Under the pieces are notes generated by a model that saw only the letters and a list, made by a program, of their open reading frames with translations, ran no database searches and was not told where the DNA came from. A stretch of DNA of 64,000 bases, from NCBI GenBank assembly GCA_964563715.1, contig CAZLXA010000002.1, forward strand, positions 9,467 to 73,466. The letters are read 5' to 3'. Both the position numbers and the translations under genes were made by a program. This document shows, piece by piece, positions 36,401 to 44,373 of this stretch. Origin of the DNA: an uncultured Candidatus Saccharibacteria bacterium. Its GTDB lineage: Bacteria > Patescibacteriota > Minisyncoccia > Phycocordibacterales > UBA9973. How positions within the stretch are numbered: position 1 is the first letter of the stretch; each line of letters starts with the position of its first letter.

Positions 36401-39195
36401 CTATTATTGCAGGAGAAACAACAACGAATATTAATATTGAGATTATAGATGATATTCTGAAGGAAGAAAATGAGACTGTTATTATTGCATTATCTAATCC
36501 TACAAATTCAACTCTCGGATCAAATAGCACTTATACTTATACCATTACAGATGATGATATCTTACCCTCAATTGGTTTTGATGTTGTCTCAAGTGAAGGA
36601 GATGAAAATGTTACAACCGTAAATATTCCAGTTTCAATATCCTCTCCTTATGCGGAAGATGTTACTTTCACTTATTCGGCGACAGACGGGACCGCCACGG
36701 GTGGAGATGTTGACTACTCACTTGTAAGTGGAACTGGTACAATAATAGCAGGGGAAACTTCAACTGAAATAACTATCGTTATATTTGACGATGATATTTC
36801 TGAAGAAACTGAAACATTATTAGTTACTATTTCAAACCCTGTTAATGCAACACTTGGAAAGAACATTAGTCATATTTATTCTATCTTAGATAATGAAATT
36901 TCAATTACAAGTGTGACTGGAAATAATATTAAAGCAACAAGTGCAAAAATAGTTTGGACTACAGCAGATTTTACTGATGGATTAATAGAATATGGAATTA
37001 TTGCTCCAGGGAATGAAGGAGCATATAATCTTCAAAAATCTAATGAAGATAAAATATTAGACCATAGTTTCTATTTAGGAAATTTAACTCCTGAAACAAC
37101 TTATTATTTTAGAACAACTTCTACTAATCTAAATAATGAGACGACAGTTTTTGAGTCAGAATTTGCAACAACACCTGGACCAGTAATTAGCGATGTATTA
37201 TCAAGTGAAATAACTGATACTACCGTACTAATTACTTGGACAACAGACATTCCTACGACTTCACAAGTAAATTATGGAATAGATATAAATCTCGCGGATT
37301 TTGATAGGTCGGGCTCTGATGAATTAGTTACAACCCACTCAGTTTTACTTACAAACCTTGCTTCGGCTAATACTTATTACTATTTAGTGGCTGGAATTGA
37401 TGCTGATACAAATGAAACGGAAGATGCAAATAATGGTGATTATTATATTTTTATTACAGGGGATGACCAAACTCCTCCAATACTATCTGAAATATCAGTT
37501 CCTATTATAACTTCAACTCAAGCAGCAATTGTTTGGTTGTCCAATGAGCCGGTTGATGGTAAGGTAATGTATGGAACAAATGTAGGAGTTTATGAAAATG
37601 AGACTGATTTAATATTAACACCACTCACAAATCATTTAGCAATAACGGGAGAATTGTCGGAGACAACAACTTATTTCTATGTAGTGGAATCTTCAGATGC
37701 AAATGGAAATACAACTACTTCTGAAGAACACTCCTTTGTAACACAAGCGCCAGGGGAAGTCATTGTTTATAGAGGCGGAGGTAGTGGAATAATGGGTGTA
37801 GCTCAAGAAATGTATGACTTACTCCTTAATGAAAATAAAATTTACAAAGATAGAATTGGGTCTATTGAAAATGAGCCAGTAATTTCAAATATTCAAATTT
37901 CTAATGTAACGGCTTTTGGAGCCACAATTTCATTTGAAACAGATAAAGACACAATAGGATTTATAGATTATGATAGAAATACAAACTATAGTCTTTTGGC
38001 GGCGGATAAAAATTGGTCCAAAAGTCATTCGATTATTTTACATGGTCTAAATTTTGGAACAGATTATTTTTTCAAAATTTCAGCCATGAATAAATCTAAT
38101 CTAAGAAGTGTTTCCGAAGAGCAAAACTTTAAAACGAAATTTTTTAGTGAGAATATTGATCAGTTAACAAAAGTTGAAAACATTGAGCAATTTCAGAAAG
38201 AGTTAGAGTCAACTATTGAGTCAATATTACCTTCGATTGTACCCCCATTTATAGATAAACCAGTTGTTTCTGATATTACCGAGAATAGTGCAATTATTTC
38301 ATTTCGTACAAATGTTAGTGCTTATCCAATAGTTAGCTTCACTCCAGAAAGTTCTTATGACGCAAACAAAGAAAATTCTTACAATGGTGAAATATCAGAT
38401 ACAACAAAAAAAGGTATATCCCATAAACTTAATTTAGTTAATCTAAAACCTAATACAAAGTATCATTTCATTGTAAAAGCTTTCTCCTTACCACAAGTTA
38501 TAGGTAAATCAGATGATTTCACTTTTATGACCAAGGCTTCTAAAATTCAAGGATCAATTATTGACATTAAAAAAGATTCATTTATTGTTGTCTGGAACAC
38601 AGATGAACCAACATCATCAATTGTAGAGTATAAGAATATAAATTCTGGCAGAGTATCTCGTATTGCAGATAGTACAATAAATAGTTCCCACTCACTTAAG
38701 ATTGAAAACCTTACTCCTGGTACTCAATACCAAGTTACAATTTCTGGAATAAATAGTAAGGGTAATATTATAGAGGGAGGAAGTCCTCTTAATATTAAAA
38801 CTTCAACAGATAATATTCCTCCTACAATTTCAGGTATAAAAGTTGATAGTTCTTTAGTTGCAGGAAGAGAAGATAAAGTTCAAACAATAATTTCATGGCA
38901 GACTGATGAACCTTCTACCTCTGCTGTCTATTATGAAGAGGGTTCTGGTTCGATAGATTCACCTCTCTCAAGTAAACAAGAGGACTCTGAATTAACTAAA
39001 AATCATGTTGTTATATTAAATTCCCTAAAGCCTGGCACGGTTTATAGATTTTCTGTTGAATCTATGGATGGGGCAGATAATATAAACAAACAACCAGTTA
39101 GAACCATAATTACACCTAAAAAATCAGAATCAATTATTGATGTAATCTTTAAAAATTTTGATGACACATTTAATTTTATTAATAATGTTAGATAA
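30406..39195 (+). CDS. giant secreted multidomain surface protein (SBBP repeats, 2 Asp-box/BNR propellers, Ig-like repeats, DUF5011, 3 Calx-beta, 7 FN3-like)
   Basis: Signal peptide at the ATG at 30406 (…FSFLSQKAFA). GNxxVAGxFxGTVDFDPG repeats, 12 SxDxGxTW Asp-boxes in two blocks, DDIxKExNET Calx-beta motifs and repeated IxWxTDxP...YG FN3-like units. Confidence 0.85.
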   Translation: MKNIFLKLNNKTINIKSKIFIKTFAPIFVAFLIFTSFSFLSQKAFADDVSLNWGKGINGYLSFAKEYIVADSTGNIYIVGNFTGTVDFDPGGGVYNLTAVGSYDAYILKLDSLGNFLWAKAIGGVDYDVANIIAIDSTGNIAVAGNFAGTVDFDPDASVYNLTAVGSYDAYILKLDSLGNFLWAKAIGGVDYDVANIIAIDSTGNIAVAGKFQSTVDFDPGIGVYNLTSSGSNDAFISKFDSSGNFIWAKTIGGTGDDVANSIVVEVTTGNIYIAGKFQSTVDFDPGIGVYNLTSTSSEDAFFAKLDSSGNFVWARRIGGVNNDVASNIAIDSAGNLGVSGNFAGTVDFDPGVGVYNLSGFNSYNNPFLSKFDSSGNFIWAKVFYTTNHASVDSLVSDANNNFYLAGSFQGTMDANPNSGTKNLSGTSPSKNFIIKLDTLGNHIWSNTYNVSRSYITIDLSGDILVTGPFYGTTDFDPSAGVFNLTSVGVITNTYIVKLSPIPSDFIPNAFTFNDQILKAVNTSYESNTITLSGLNEVVAISISSCSSSICEYSINNGTYTSVPGIIISGDTVKVRQKSSINDSTTTDLILNIGGVSDTFSVTTDDWTKPLISSFSVPAKSTSYIIPITNFVATDDQFVAGYLITESSTTPSINSPDWTVTPPSTYLVFTNGLKTLYSWAKDNTDRISNPISAQILVDTSPVVSTFTIPLNYNSATVPINTFNVTDNVGVAGYMVTENLTPPNINDSRWTETAPSSYTFENINDSVPSTWNQRTAATFSTSWRTIASSADGNKLAAAIGQIGGASNCSSPSCYIYTSTDAGNTWTARTSAGSRNWSGIASSSDGTKLVAVIGGDYITGYVYTSIDSGATWVARTGNGSLRWHDVTSSSDGTKLAAITGGRYYNGSIYTSINSGETWTAQAGAGSRYWMSIASSSDGTKLVANPGYGYIYTSNNSGVTWIERTSSGIRSWVDVASSADGLKLVATSGNGYIYTSNDGGATWIEKTSSGIRSWGQVASSSDGVRLIAATSNSGYIYYSSDSGTTWLEQASMGLKERAGVASSSDGTKIAIGDRYGDIYTSKFGNELHGWAKDSEGLVSSSTIYSNDTVIIDFNTPVVTAFSIPTNSSSLTVPITTFTATDNVGVTGYILTESPTVPPSNDIGWTTDAPATYTFSSYGNKTLYAWVKDGNNSISNPLSASIFLNSAPSVTSFVINSDYNSFTIPISTFTATDDTQVTGYKITENNDVPSPFDNGWSDTAPTNYTFSIQTDISPKNWVQKTSDANRSWQAIASSSDGTKIVAVVGADFNSGYIYTSDNSGTTWIERTNAGLRKWKTVASSSDGTKLVAGAYDGYVYTSDDSGATWIERQPEVGRKFNFYRPIVSSANGTKLAFVENMCVNQGRLYTSTDGGDTWTNKIISGSQIISYSSDGNILIAGDNYGGTGCTSGTNGGYISTSTDNGNTWTQRTSAGLRKWSAVASSSDGTKLFATADKEINSPGYIYTSIDGGVTWLERVSAGSHEWKSIISSSDGTKLVAQVRGQNGAGDIYSSTDGGINWSLRNSNNSWYGVSLSADGNKLATIVNGGYIYTSTAIYTAEGAKTLYAWAKDENGGVSNPSTGQIVVHVNPPTSTINPLCDISENRCTASGIVSSPQQVYAVQLISGISSEAISDIEISIKDDTLDKWFSNGVFSSDVEIYSTITNTTEWSYGTKTWAYDLSTLPLTIGNVYKLNVKATDTFGSVENPVSTTSFVFSSLTLDNAAPVITLTGLNPMNVTLGQSYSEPGADAVDAISGPRPVSISGTVNNNALGSYTITYTATDMTGNIGTATRTVNIIPSPTVSFDTVSNNGDESASPYDAMVSISRADAQNTTVEYIVSGTTTNADHTLVSGTVTFLAGEVSQEISIPIIDDILKELNETVILTLSNPINGILGTNVSFTYTINDNDIASGIEFSTGESSNLESLNMVDIPISLASISGTNTTIDYTISGTATSGDDYYLDEGTATIIAGETTTNINIEIIDDILKEENETVIIALSNPTNSTLGSNSTYTYTITDDDILPSIGFDVVSSEGDENVTTVNIPVSISSPYAEDVTFTYSATDGTATGGDVDYSLVSGTGTIIAGETSTEITIVIFDDDISEETETLLVTISNPVNATLGKNISHIYSILDNEISITSVTGNNIKATSAKIVWTTADFTDGLIEYGIIAPGNEGAYNLQKSNEDKILDHSFYLGNLTPETTYYFRTTSTNLNNETTVFESEFATTPGPVISDVLSSEITDTTVLITWTTDIPTTSQVNYGIDINLADFDRSGSDELVTTHSVLLTNLASANTYYYLVAGIDADTNETEDANNGDYYIFITGDDQTPPILSEISVPIITSTQAAIVWLSNEPVDGKVMYGTNVGVYENETDLILTPLTNHLAITGELSETTTYFYVVESSDANGNTTTSEEHSFVTQAPGEVIVYRGGGSGIMGVAQEMYDLLLNENKIYKDRIGSIENEPVISNIQISNVTAFGATISFETDKDTIGFIDYDRNTNYSLLAADKNWSKSHSIILHGLNFGTDYFFKISAMNKSNLRSVSEEQNFKTKFFSENIDQLTKVENIEQFQKELESTIESILPSIVPPFIDKPVVSDITENSAIISFRTNVSAYPIVSFTPESSYDANKENSYNGEISDTTKKGISHKLNLVNLKPNTKYHFIVKAFSLPQVIGKSDDFTFMTKASKIQGSIIDIKKDSFIVVWNTDEPTSSIVEYKNINSGRVSRIADSTINSSHSLKIENLTPGTQYQVTISGINSKGNIIEGGSPLNIKTSTDNIPPTISGIKVDSSLVAGREDKVQTIISWQTDEPSTSAVYYEEGSGSIDSPLSSKQEDSELTKNHVVILNSLKPGTVYRFSVESMDGADNINKQPVRTIITPKKSESIIDVIFKNFDDTFNFINNVR
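30691..31080 (+). repeat. near-perfect 195-bp tandem duplication inside the giant gene (one SBBP unit)
   Basis: 30691-30838 matches 30886-31033 with a single mismatch seen (GACTCT vs GATTCT). Period is 195 nt, or 65 codons. Confidence 0.85.
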
Positions 39196-39339
39196 ATATT
39201 TATTAAATATTTAATTAAGTAGCAAAAAAGTATTATAACCAATAATATTAACATTAATAAAAAACCCATATATTAGTTGATAATTTAAGGAAAAATATGT
39301 TATAATTTTAAGGTAACTTTATTAAATAACAAAAATAAA

Positions 39340-39786
39340 ATGGAACAAAGTAAAAAAAAGATAAATATACTGATTGTTGATGATGACGAAATGATGCGTA
39401 TATATTTTCGTGATATCTTTTGGATCCACGGAAGAAATGATATTTATGAAGTAGTTATGGCCTCTTCAATAGAAGAAGGTGAAAAGAAAATATTAGATAA
39501 AGAAAACAAACCCGAAATTATTTTTCTTGATTTGATGATGCCTGTTAAAGACGGAGATAATAGTTCTGATGGGCAGATGAGAAGATGTTTGGCTTTTATT
39601 GAAAAAGTAAAGAATGATAAAGATTTATCGTCTAAAATAATAATTTATTCTGGCCAAAAAGAAAAAATTATCGAAGATGCTGTTAAAAGGGCCGGAGCTG
39701 ATGGATATTTATTGAAGGGAGAATTAATGCCCAAAGAGATAATTGCTTTTACTGATAAAATTTATGAACCAAATAATAAGAATTGA
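39340..39786 (+). CDS. stand-alone response-regulator receiver (CheY-like)
   Basis: ILIVDDDEMM, IIFLDLMMP (phospho-accepting Asp context), and a conserved Lys region YLLKG. Confidence 0.75.
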   Translation: MEQSKKKINILIVDDDEMMRIYFRDIFWIHGRNDIYEVVMASSIEEGEKKILDKENKPEIIFLDLMMPVKDGDNSSDGQMRRCLAFIEKVKNDKDLSSKIIIYSGQKEKIIEDAVKRAGADGYLLKGELMPKEIIAFTDKIYEPNNKN

Positions 39787-41083
39787 AAATTTAAATTTAT
39801 GGTATGAGAAAGATAAGCCTATTGAAGTTCACGCATTAAAAAATATTAATTTATCTATAGATAAAGGTGACTATGTAGCTTTCTTTGGACCTTCAGGGTG
39901 TGGTAAGACAACCATGCTTTATTCTATTTCTGGAATTGATCATTTCCAAGAGGGCAAAGTCTTTATTAATGATAGAGATATTTCTTGTCTTAGTAATCAA
40001 GAACTCGCAATTTTTAGACAAACTGGAATTGGAATTATTTTTCAACAATTTAACCTAGTCCCATCATTAAACGTTTTGAAAAACGTAGCCTTACCTATGC
40101 TTTTTGTTGGTATTTCTTCGGCAAAAGCCGAAATTGAAGCTCGGAAGTTACTTGAACGACTTGATTTGATAAAATATGCCGATAGGTATCCTTTTGAGCT
40201 CTCAGGGGGACAGCAACAAAGAGTTGGTATTGCCAGAGCCTTAGCTAATGACCCTCCAATTATAATTGCCGATGAACCTCTGGGTAACTTAGACTCAGTT
40301 AATGCGAAAAATGTTCTTGAATTTTTAAAGGAATTGAATGAAAAGGACGGTAGAACCATAATCATGGTAACTCACGAAGCTTGGAGTTTAAGGGATGTAA
40401 AAACTATTTTTCATATGAAAGATGGTACGATTTCTGATATTGAAAAAGTTAATAATTTTAATATTGCTGATTCTTTATCGAAACATTTATACAAACAGAT
40501 GTCTTCGGTCTCCAGCGGTGATGGAATTAATGATAAAAATAAAGAAGAAAAAATTTCGGCTCGTATACTAGCTAACTTTTTGCTTCGCGGATATTCGATG
40601 GACGAAATTAGGCGCTTTGAATTGTTTGTAAATGATCGATTTGATAATAAAATAGATAAAAAACAATTAAAAAAACTAATTAATAAACCATTTAAAGATG
40701 GGGGAGTTGGGCTTTGGAAGAAAAAAGCAGAAAGAGTGACAGAATATTTAGAAGGGATTATAGAAGAAAGAAAATCAGTTAAACATATTTATGATATTAT
40801 TGAAAAAAATCCAGAACTATCTATAGGTGATGAAATAAAGAATATTAGAGACTGGTTGATAGAAGGATATACTGGTAATTTATCACAATTACAAATTATC
40901 GCGCTTGATCAAGTAATTTCCGATAGAATTAGGTATAATTTACCTGCTGATAAGGTGGTTGAAATATTAGATCTATCGAATAATAAATTCGGCGTCGGCT
41001 TGTCGTTTAGAGCATCTCAGTTAATTTCAGAAAAACTTGAATTAATATTAAATGAAAACTCCGAAAATAAAGACAATGAATAA
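39764..41083 (+). CDS. ABC transporter ATP-binding protein (MacB/LolD/FtsE-like) with ~220-aa C-terminal extension
   Basis: Walker A GPSGCGKTT, signature LSGGQQQR, Walker B IIIADEP. The ATG at 39764 overlaps the receiver gene by 23 nt. Confidence 0.85.
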   Translation: MNQIIRIENLNLWYEKDKPIEVHALKNINLSIDKGDYVAFFGPSGCGKTTMLYSISGIDHFQEGKVFINDRDISCLSNQELAIFRQTGIGIIFQQFNLVPSLNVLKNVALPMLFVGISSAKAEIEARKLLERLDLIKYADRYPFELSGGQQQRVGIARALANDPPIIIADEPLGNLDSVNAKNVLEFLKELNEKDGRTIIMVTHEAWSLRDVKTIFHMKDGTISDIEKVNNFNIADSLSKHLYKQMSSVSSGDGINDKNKEEKISARILANFLLRGYSMDEIRRFELFVNDRFDNKIDKKQLKKLINKPFKDGGVGLWKKKAERVTEYLEGIIEERKSVKHIYDIIEKNPELSIGDEIKNIRDWLIEGYTGNLSQLQIIALDQVISDRIRYNLPADKVVEILDLSNNKFGVGLSFRASQLISEKLELILNENSENKDNE

Positions 41084-41109
41084 TTTTAGGTTCATATAAT
41101 TATATAAAA

Positions 41110-42327
41110 ATGATAAACCAAACATTAAAAATACGTGAACTATTATCACTTTCATTTAGAACTTTCCGAACTAAACCACAAAGAGCCTTTTTAACTATTA
41201 TGGGTATGTCTATTGGTATTGCGACTGTTCTCTTGCTGGTTTCTTTGGGATATGGGTTACAATATATTTTAATTGGTAAGTTGATGACGACAGAAGACTC
41301 ACTTGTTACTATGGAAATTTCTTATCCATCTGAAAGTAATACAACAATCGGAAAACCATTATTAGAAAAAATAAAACAATATCAAAATGTAGCCGAAGTA
41401 AGCCCAATTGCAGAATTTTCTGGTGAAATAAATGAAGATGGCCACTCAGGTCTTTTGGTTGATGCTCGGATTGTTGAACCATCATATTTTAGGTTGGCAG
41501 GTTTGTTGCCAACTGTTGGTGAACCACTTTTTGACTCAGATAAAGAACCAGGGTTAGTAGCTTCTAGTCAGACATTAATTCCGCTTAATTTACCTCCTAA
41601 TGAAAATTCTTTGAATAAATCACTTTCTTTTAAAGTTTTTTATCCTAATAATGATGAGAATGAATCAGTCGAATCAATTTCAAATATTCCTCTGAAAATT
41701 AAAGGTATAATTGCTGATGAAGCCATGCCCCCAACAACTATTATTTTTGCTAATTCTCTGTCACTAGAACCACCTTTCTATCAAAAAATTTTAGTTAAAG
41801 CAGGTGATATAGATTTCGTTGAAGGATTAAGAGATAGATTTTTAGAAGAAGGTTTTTTGGTTTCGGCAAGAATTGACTTAGTTACTCAAGCAAGAAAAAT
41901 TACCAATATAATTACGATTATTTTAGGAGTATTTGGGGTTACAGCCTTAGTTGTCTCGGCGATAGGAATGTTTAATACGATGCTCGTTGGCTTTTTAGAA
42001 CGTATTTACGAAGTTGGTATTTTAAAATCTATTGGTGCTACAGATTATGATGTTCGTAATTTATTTTTAGTTGAAGCAACTATAATGGGTTTCCTAGGAG
42101 GTATTGGTGGTATTATTATTGGGATAGGTGGTGGTGAGATATTAAATTTAGTTCTTAGTGCTTTAGCTGTTAGGTTTGGTGGTGAAGCTATAAGATTATT
42201 CTTAACCCCATGGTGGTTTATCTTTTTAATATTAGTCTTTTCTTTAATTATTGGTTTTATTTCTGGTTGGTGGCCAGCCCATCGAGCGGCAGGTCTTTCT
42301 CCTAAAGAGGCATTTACGAAAAAGTAA
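41110..42327 (+). CDS. ABC transporter permease, FtsX/MacB family
   Basis: N-terminal TM helix, large extracytoplasmic domain, and a C-terminal FtsX-type 3-TM bundle (LKSIGATDYDVRNLF). Confidence 0.8.
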   Translation: MINQTLKIRELLSLSFRTFRTKPQRAFLTIMGMSIGIATVLLLVSLGYGLQYILIGKLMTTEDSLVTMEISYPSESNTTIGKPLLEKIKQYQNVAEVSPIAEFSGEINEDGHSGLLVDARIVEPSYFRLAGLLPTVGEPLFDSDKEPGLVASSQTLIPLNLPPNENSLNKSLSFKVFYPNNDENESVESISNIPLKIKGIIADEAMPPTTIIFANSLSLEPPFYQKILVKAGDIDFVEGLRDRFLEEGFLVSARIDLVTQARKITNIITIILGVFGVTALVVSAIGMFNTMLVGFLERIYEVGILKSIGATDYDVRNLFLVEATIMGFLGGIGGIIIGIGGGEILNLVLSALAVRFGGEAIRLFLTPWWFIFLILVFSLIIGFISGWWPAHRAAGLSPKEAFTKK

Positions 42328-44283
42328 TCACAATAAATCTTCCGGATCAACATTTATTGAGAAAGAAGGCGGAAGATCTTCTAGATTTTGTAGTAACTCA
42401 GGGTTGATGACTAACTTATCATTTGTTGGAAGAGGCCAGATTTCTGGATTTACTTTGATGACTGTATTTGTTATATATTGACCCTTAATCCTACTGACAA
42501 ATGCACTAAAAACTTGTGGCTCATAATCACCCAACTTTTGCTCGATAAAATTTCTGGCTCTCTCGGTGTCACGAGCTGAACCTTCAAATGTAATTTTAAT
42601 TAATCTTTTAAATGGAGGATAACCAAAATCTCGTCTTTCAGTTAAATCTTCACGACAGAGTGGTAAAACATTACCACTTAAAATATATTGCAATATTTTA
42701 TTATCAGGGATTCTGGTTTGAATAACTAAACTTTCTTCTGTAATGTTATGTAATTTTTCAATAATATGTAGAATTTTTTGTGTAATGTTAAAATTTGGAA
42801 TTGAAAATAAGCCATCGATTGAAATAATTGCGCTACTTGAAACTTTGTTTTGTAAATATGAAAAAACCATTTCTGTGCCAATTAAAATACTTCCGGGATT
42901 TTTATTAAATTCACTTATAATACTACGAGCCTCTTTAACAGTACTTGTTGATTCTTTGTCGATTTGAAAGATTTTTGTTTTTGGAAATAAATTATTTATT
43001 TCTTCTCTAACTTTATCTGTACCAATACCTAGGGGTGTTAAATTCCAGCTTAGACAGTTCGGGCAGGAGACTTCCGTTTTTTCTTTACGGCCACATTTAT
43101 TACACATAAAAATTCTAGGCGTTGTTGATTTTGTAGCAGTTATTTGCTTTGTGCCATACAAAACAATTGGTGTTGAGCACGATGGACATAGTAAGGTTTG
43201 ACCACAATCATTACAAATTGTGATTGGAGCTAAACCTTTGCGAACTGAAAAAAGAAGAACGGATTTATTATTTAAGATTGAATCTCCAATCATCTTTTTT
43301 GTGTCTTTTGAAATTGTGGTAAAAATTTTTTTACCACTTTGATCTACTTCGTCTTTCATGTCAACAACGATTTGATTTTCAGTTTGTGGAAGGCGATAAA
43401 GAGGTGAAGAAATTTCTCCAAATTCGCCTATATCATGCCTATACAATGTCTCTGGACGAAGCAAGGTATCACCAAAAATTAATTTAGTCTTTGAAACTGA
43501 GGATAAGATTTCAGCAAAACTTCTGATATCAATATATGGTCGATTCATTTGTTTATAAGTATCAGAACTTTCGTGCTCTAAGATAATTGTTTTAATGTCA
43601 TAGCGAGGAATTGACAAAAATATTCCAGTTCCGATAATTAAAATAGGATGTTTTTCTTCAACAACACCGTTGTAATTATTAATTAAAATACTTTTAGTCA
43701 TATCCGAATGAAAAGAAAAAACATATTGTTCTATGCCACGGGCAAGTTCTTTATTGAAGTGATCAATGTCAAATCTATTTGGAACACAAATAAAAATCGA
43801 TTCTTTTTTAGCAAAGGCTTCTCTAATTAAAGTCCGATAAAAAGCCAAACGGTCTTCTGGGGTGGCTTGAAAAATTAATTTTTCGTGTCCAACATTAACT
43901 TTTTCCTCATTTAAATCTCCATCTTGATTGTGTTTTTTTAATTTTTGAACATTGTCTATATAAATGGAAGGTAAGAGTGATTTTATGATTGAACCAGAGT
44001 TACTGACGGTATAGTTTTTTAATTTTTGACAAGCAACGAAAAAACTTTTATTGAATGGCGAATCACCTTTAATTTTAATTATTTTCTTTAATTGATAGTC
44101 GGCATTTTTTAAATCAGATTTAACATTTCTGGCTTCTTCGATATTAATAACAATTGCATCAATTACTTTCAACCGAACTGGTATAGAAACAATACTACCA
44201 AGCGGAACATCGTTCAAAGAAAAATACGAAAGATATTCTCTTTGATTTCCTTTTGAAAGTGGTATAACTGTAGCGATATACAT
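42328..44283 (-). CDS. priA: primosomal protein N' (PriA)-like, with degenerate ATPase motifs
   Basis: Collinear with PriA: four CxxC zinc-ribbon pairs (CNDCG..CPSC, CNKCG..CPNC), SDTYKQ and FGYPPF. No GxxxxGK[ST] anywhere. DEEH is replaced by LEHE. Confidence 0.7.
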   Translation of the reverse strand: MYIATVIPLSKGNQREYLSYFSLNDVPLGSIVSIPVRLKVIDAIVINIEEARNVKSDLKNADYQLKKIIKIKGDSPFNKSFFVACQKLKNYTVSNSGSIIKSLLPSIYIDNVQKLKKHNQDGDLNEEKVNVGHEKLIFQATPEDRLAFYRTLIREAFAKKESIFICVPNRFDIDHFNKELARGIEQYVFSFHSDMTKSILINNYNGVVEEKHPILIIGTGIFLSIPRYDIKTIILEHESSDTYKQMNRPYIDIRSFAEILSSVSKTKLIFGDTLLRPETLYRHDIGEFGEISSPLYRLPQTENQIVVDMKDEVDQSGKKIFTTISKDTKKMIGDSILNNKSVLLFSVRKGLAPITICNDCGQTLLCPSCSTPIVLYGTKQITATKSTTPRIFMCNKCGRKEKTEVSCPNCLSWNLTPLGIGTDKVREEINNLFPKTKIFQIDKESTSTVKEARSIISEFNKNPGSILIGTEMVFSYLQNKVSSSAIISIDGLFSIPNFNITQKILHIIEKLHNITEESLVIQTRIPDNKILQYILSGNVLPLCREDLTERRDFGYPPFKRLIKITFEGSARDTERARNFIEQKLGDYEPQVFSAFVSRIKGQYITNTVIKVNPEIWPLPTNDKLVINPELLQNLEDLPPSFSINVDPEDLL

Positions 44284-44373
44284 ACATATATATCGTAACA
44301 TATAGACGCGAAATAAACACAATTTATAAATTCTATATTTTATGCTATAATCACTTTATTATTTAAATATATT

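Noticed and set aside
30590-37000. Regularly spaced repeats that could superficially suggest a CRISPR-like or satellite array.
   Set aside because: All are in-frame protein repeats (SBBP, Asp-box, Calx-beta) of 65-110 codons with diverged sequence. There is no short direct-repeat/spacer architecture anywhere in the window.
30348-39269. Many antisense or out-of-frame ORFs inside the giant gene (e.g. 31977-32294, 33077-33385, 33994-34230, 32693-32947, 34697-34921). Also the N-terminal 45 codons from the TTG at 30271.
   Set aside because: The ORFs are embedded in a continuous 8.8-kb reading frame with clear domain repeats. The signal peptide begins at the ATG at 30406, so the upstream extension is unlikely to be translated.
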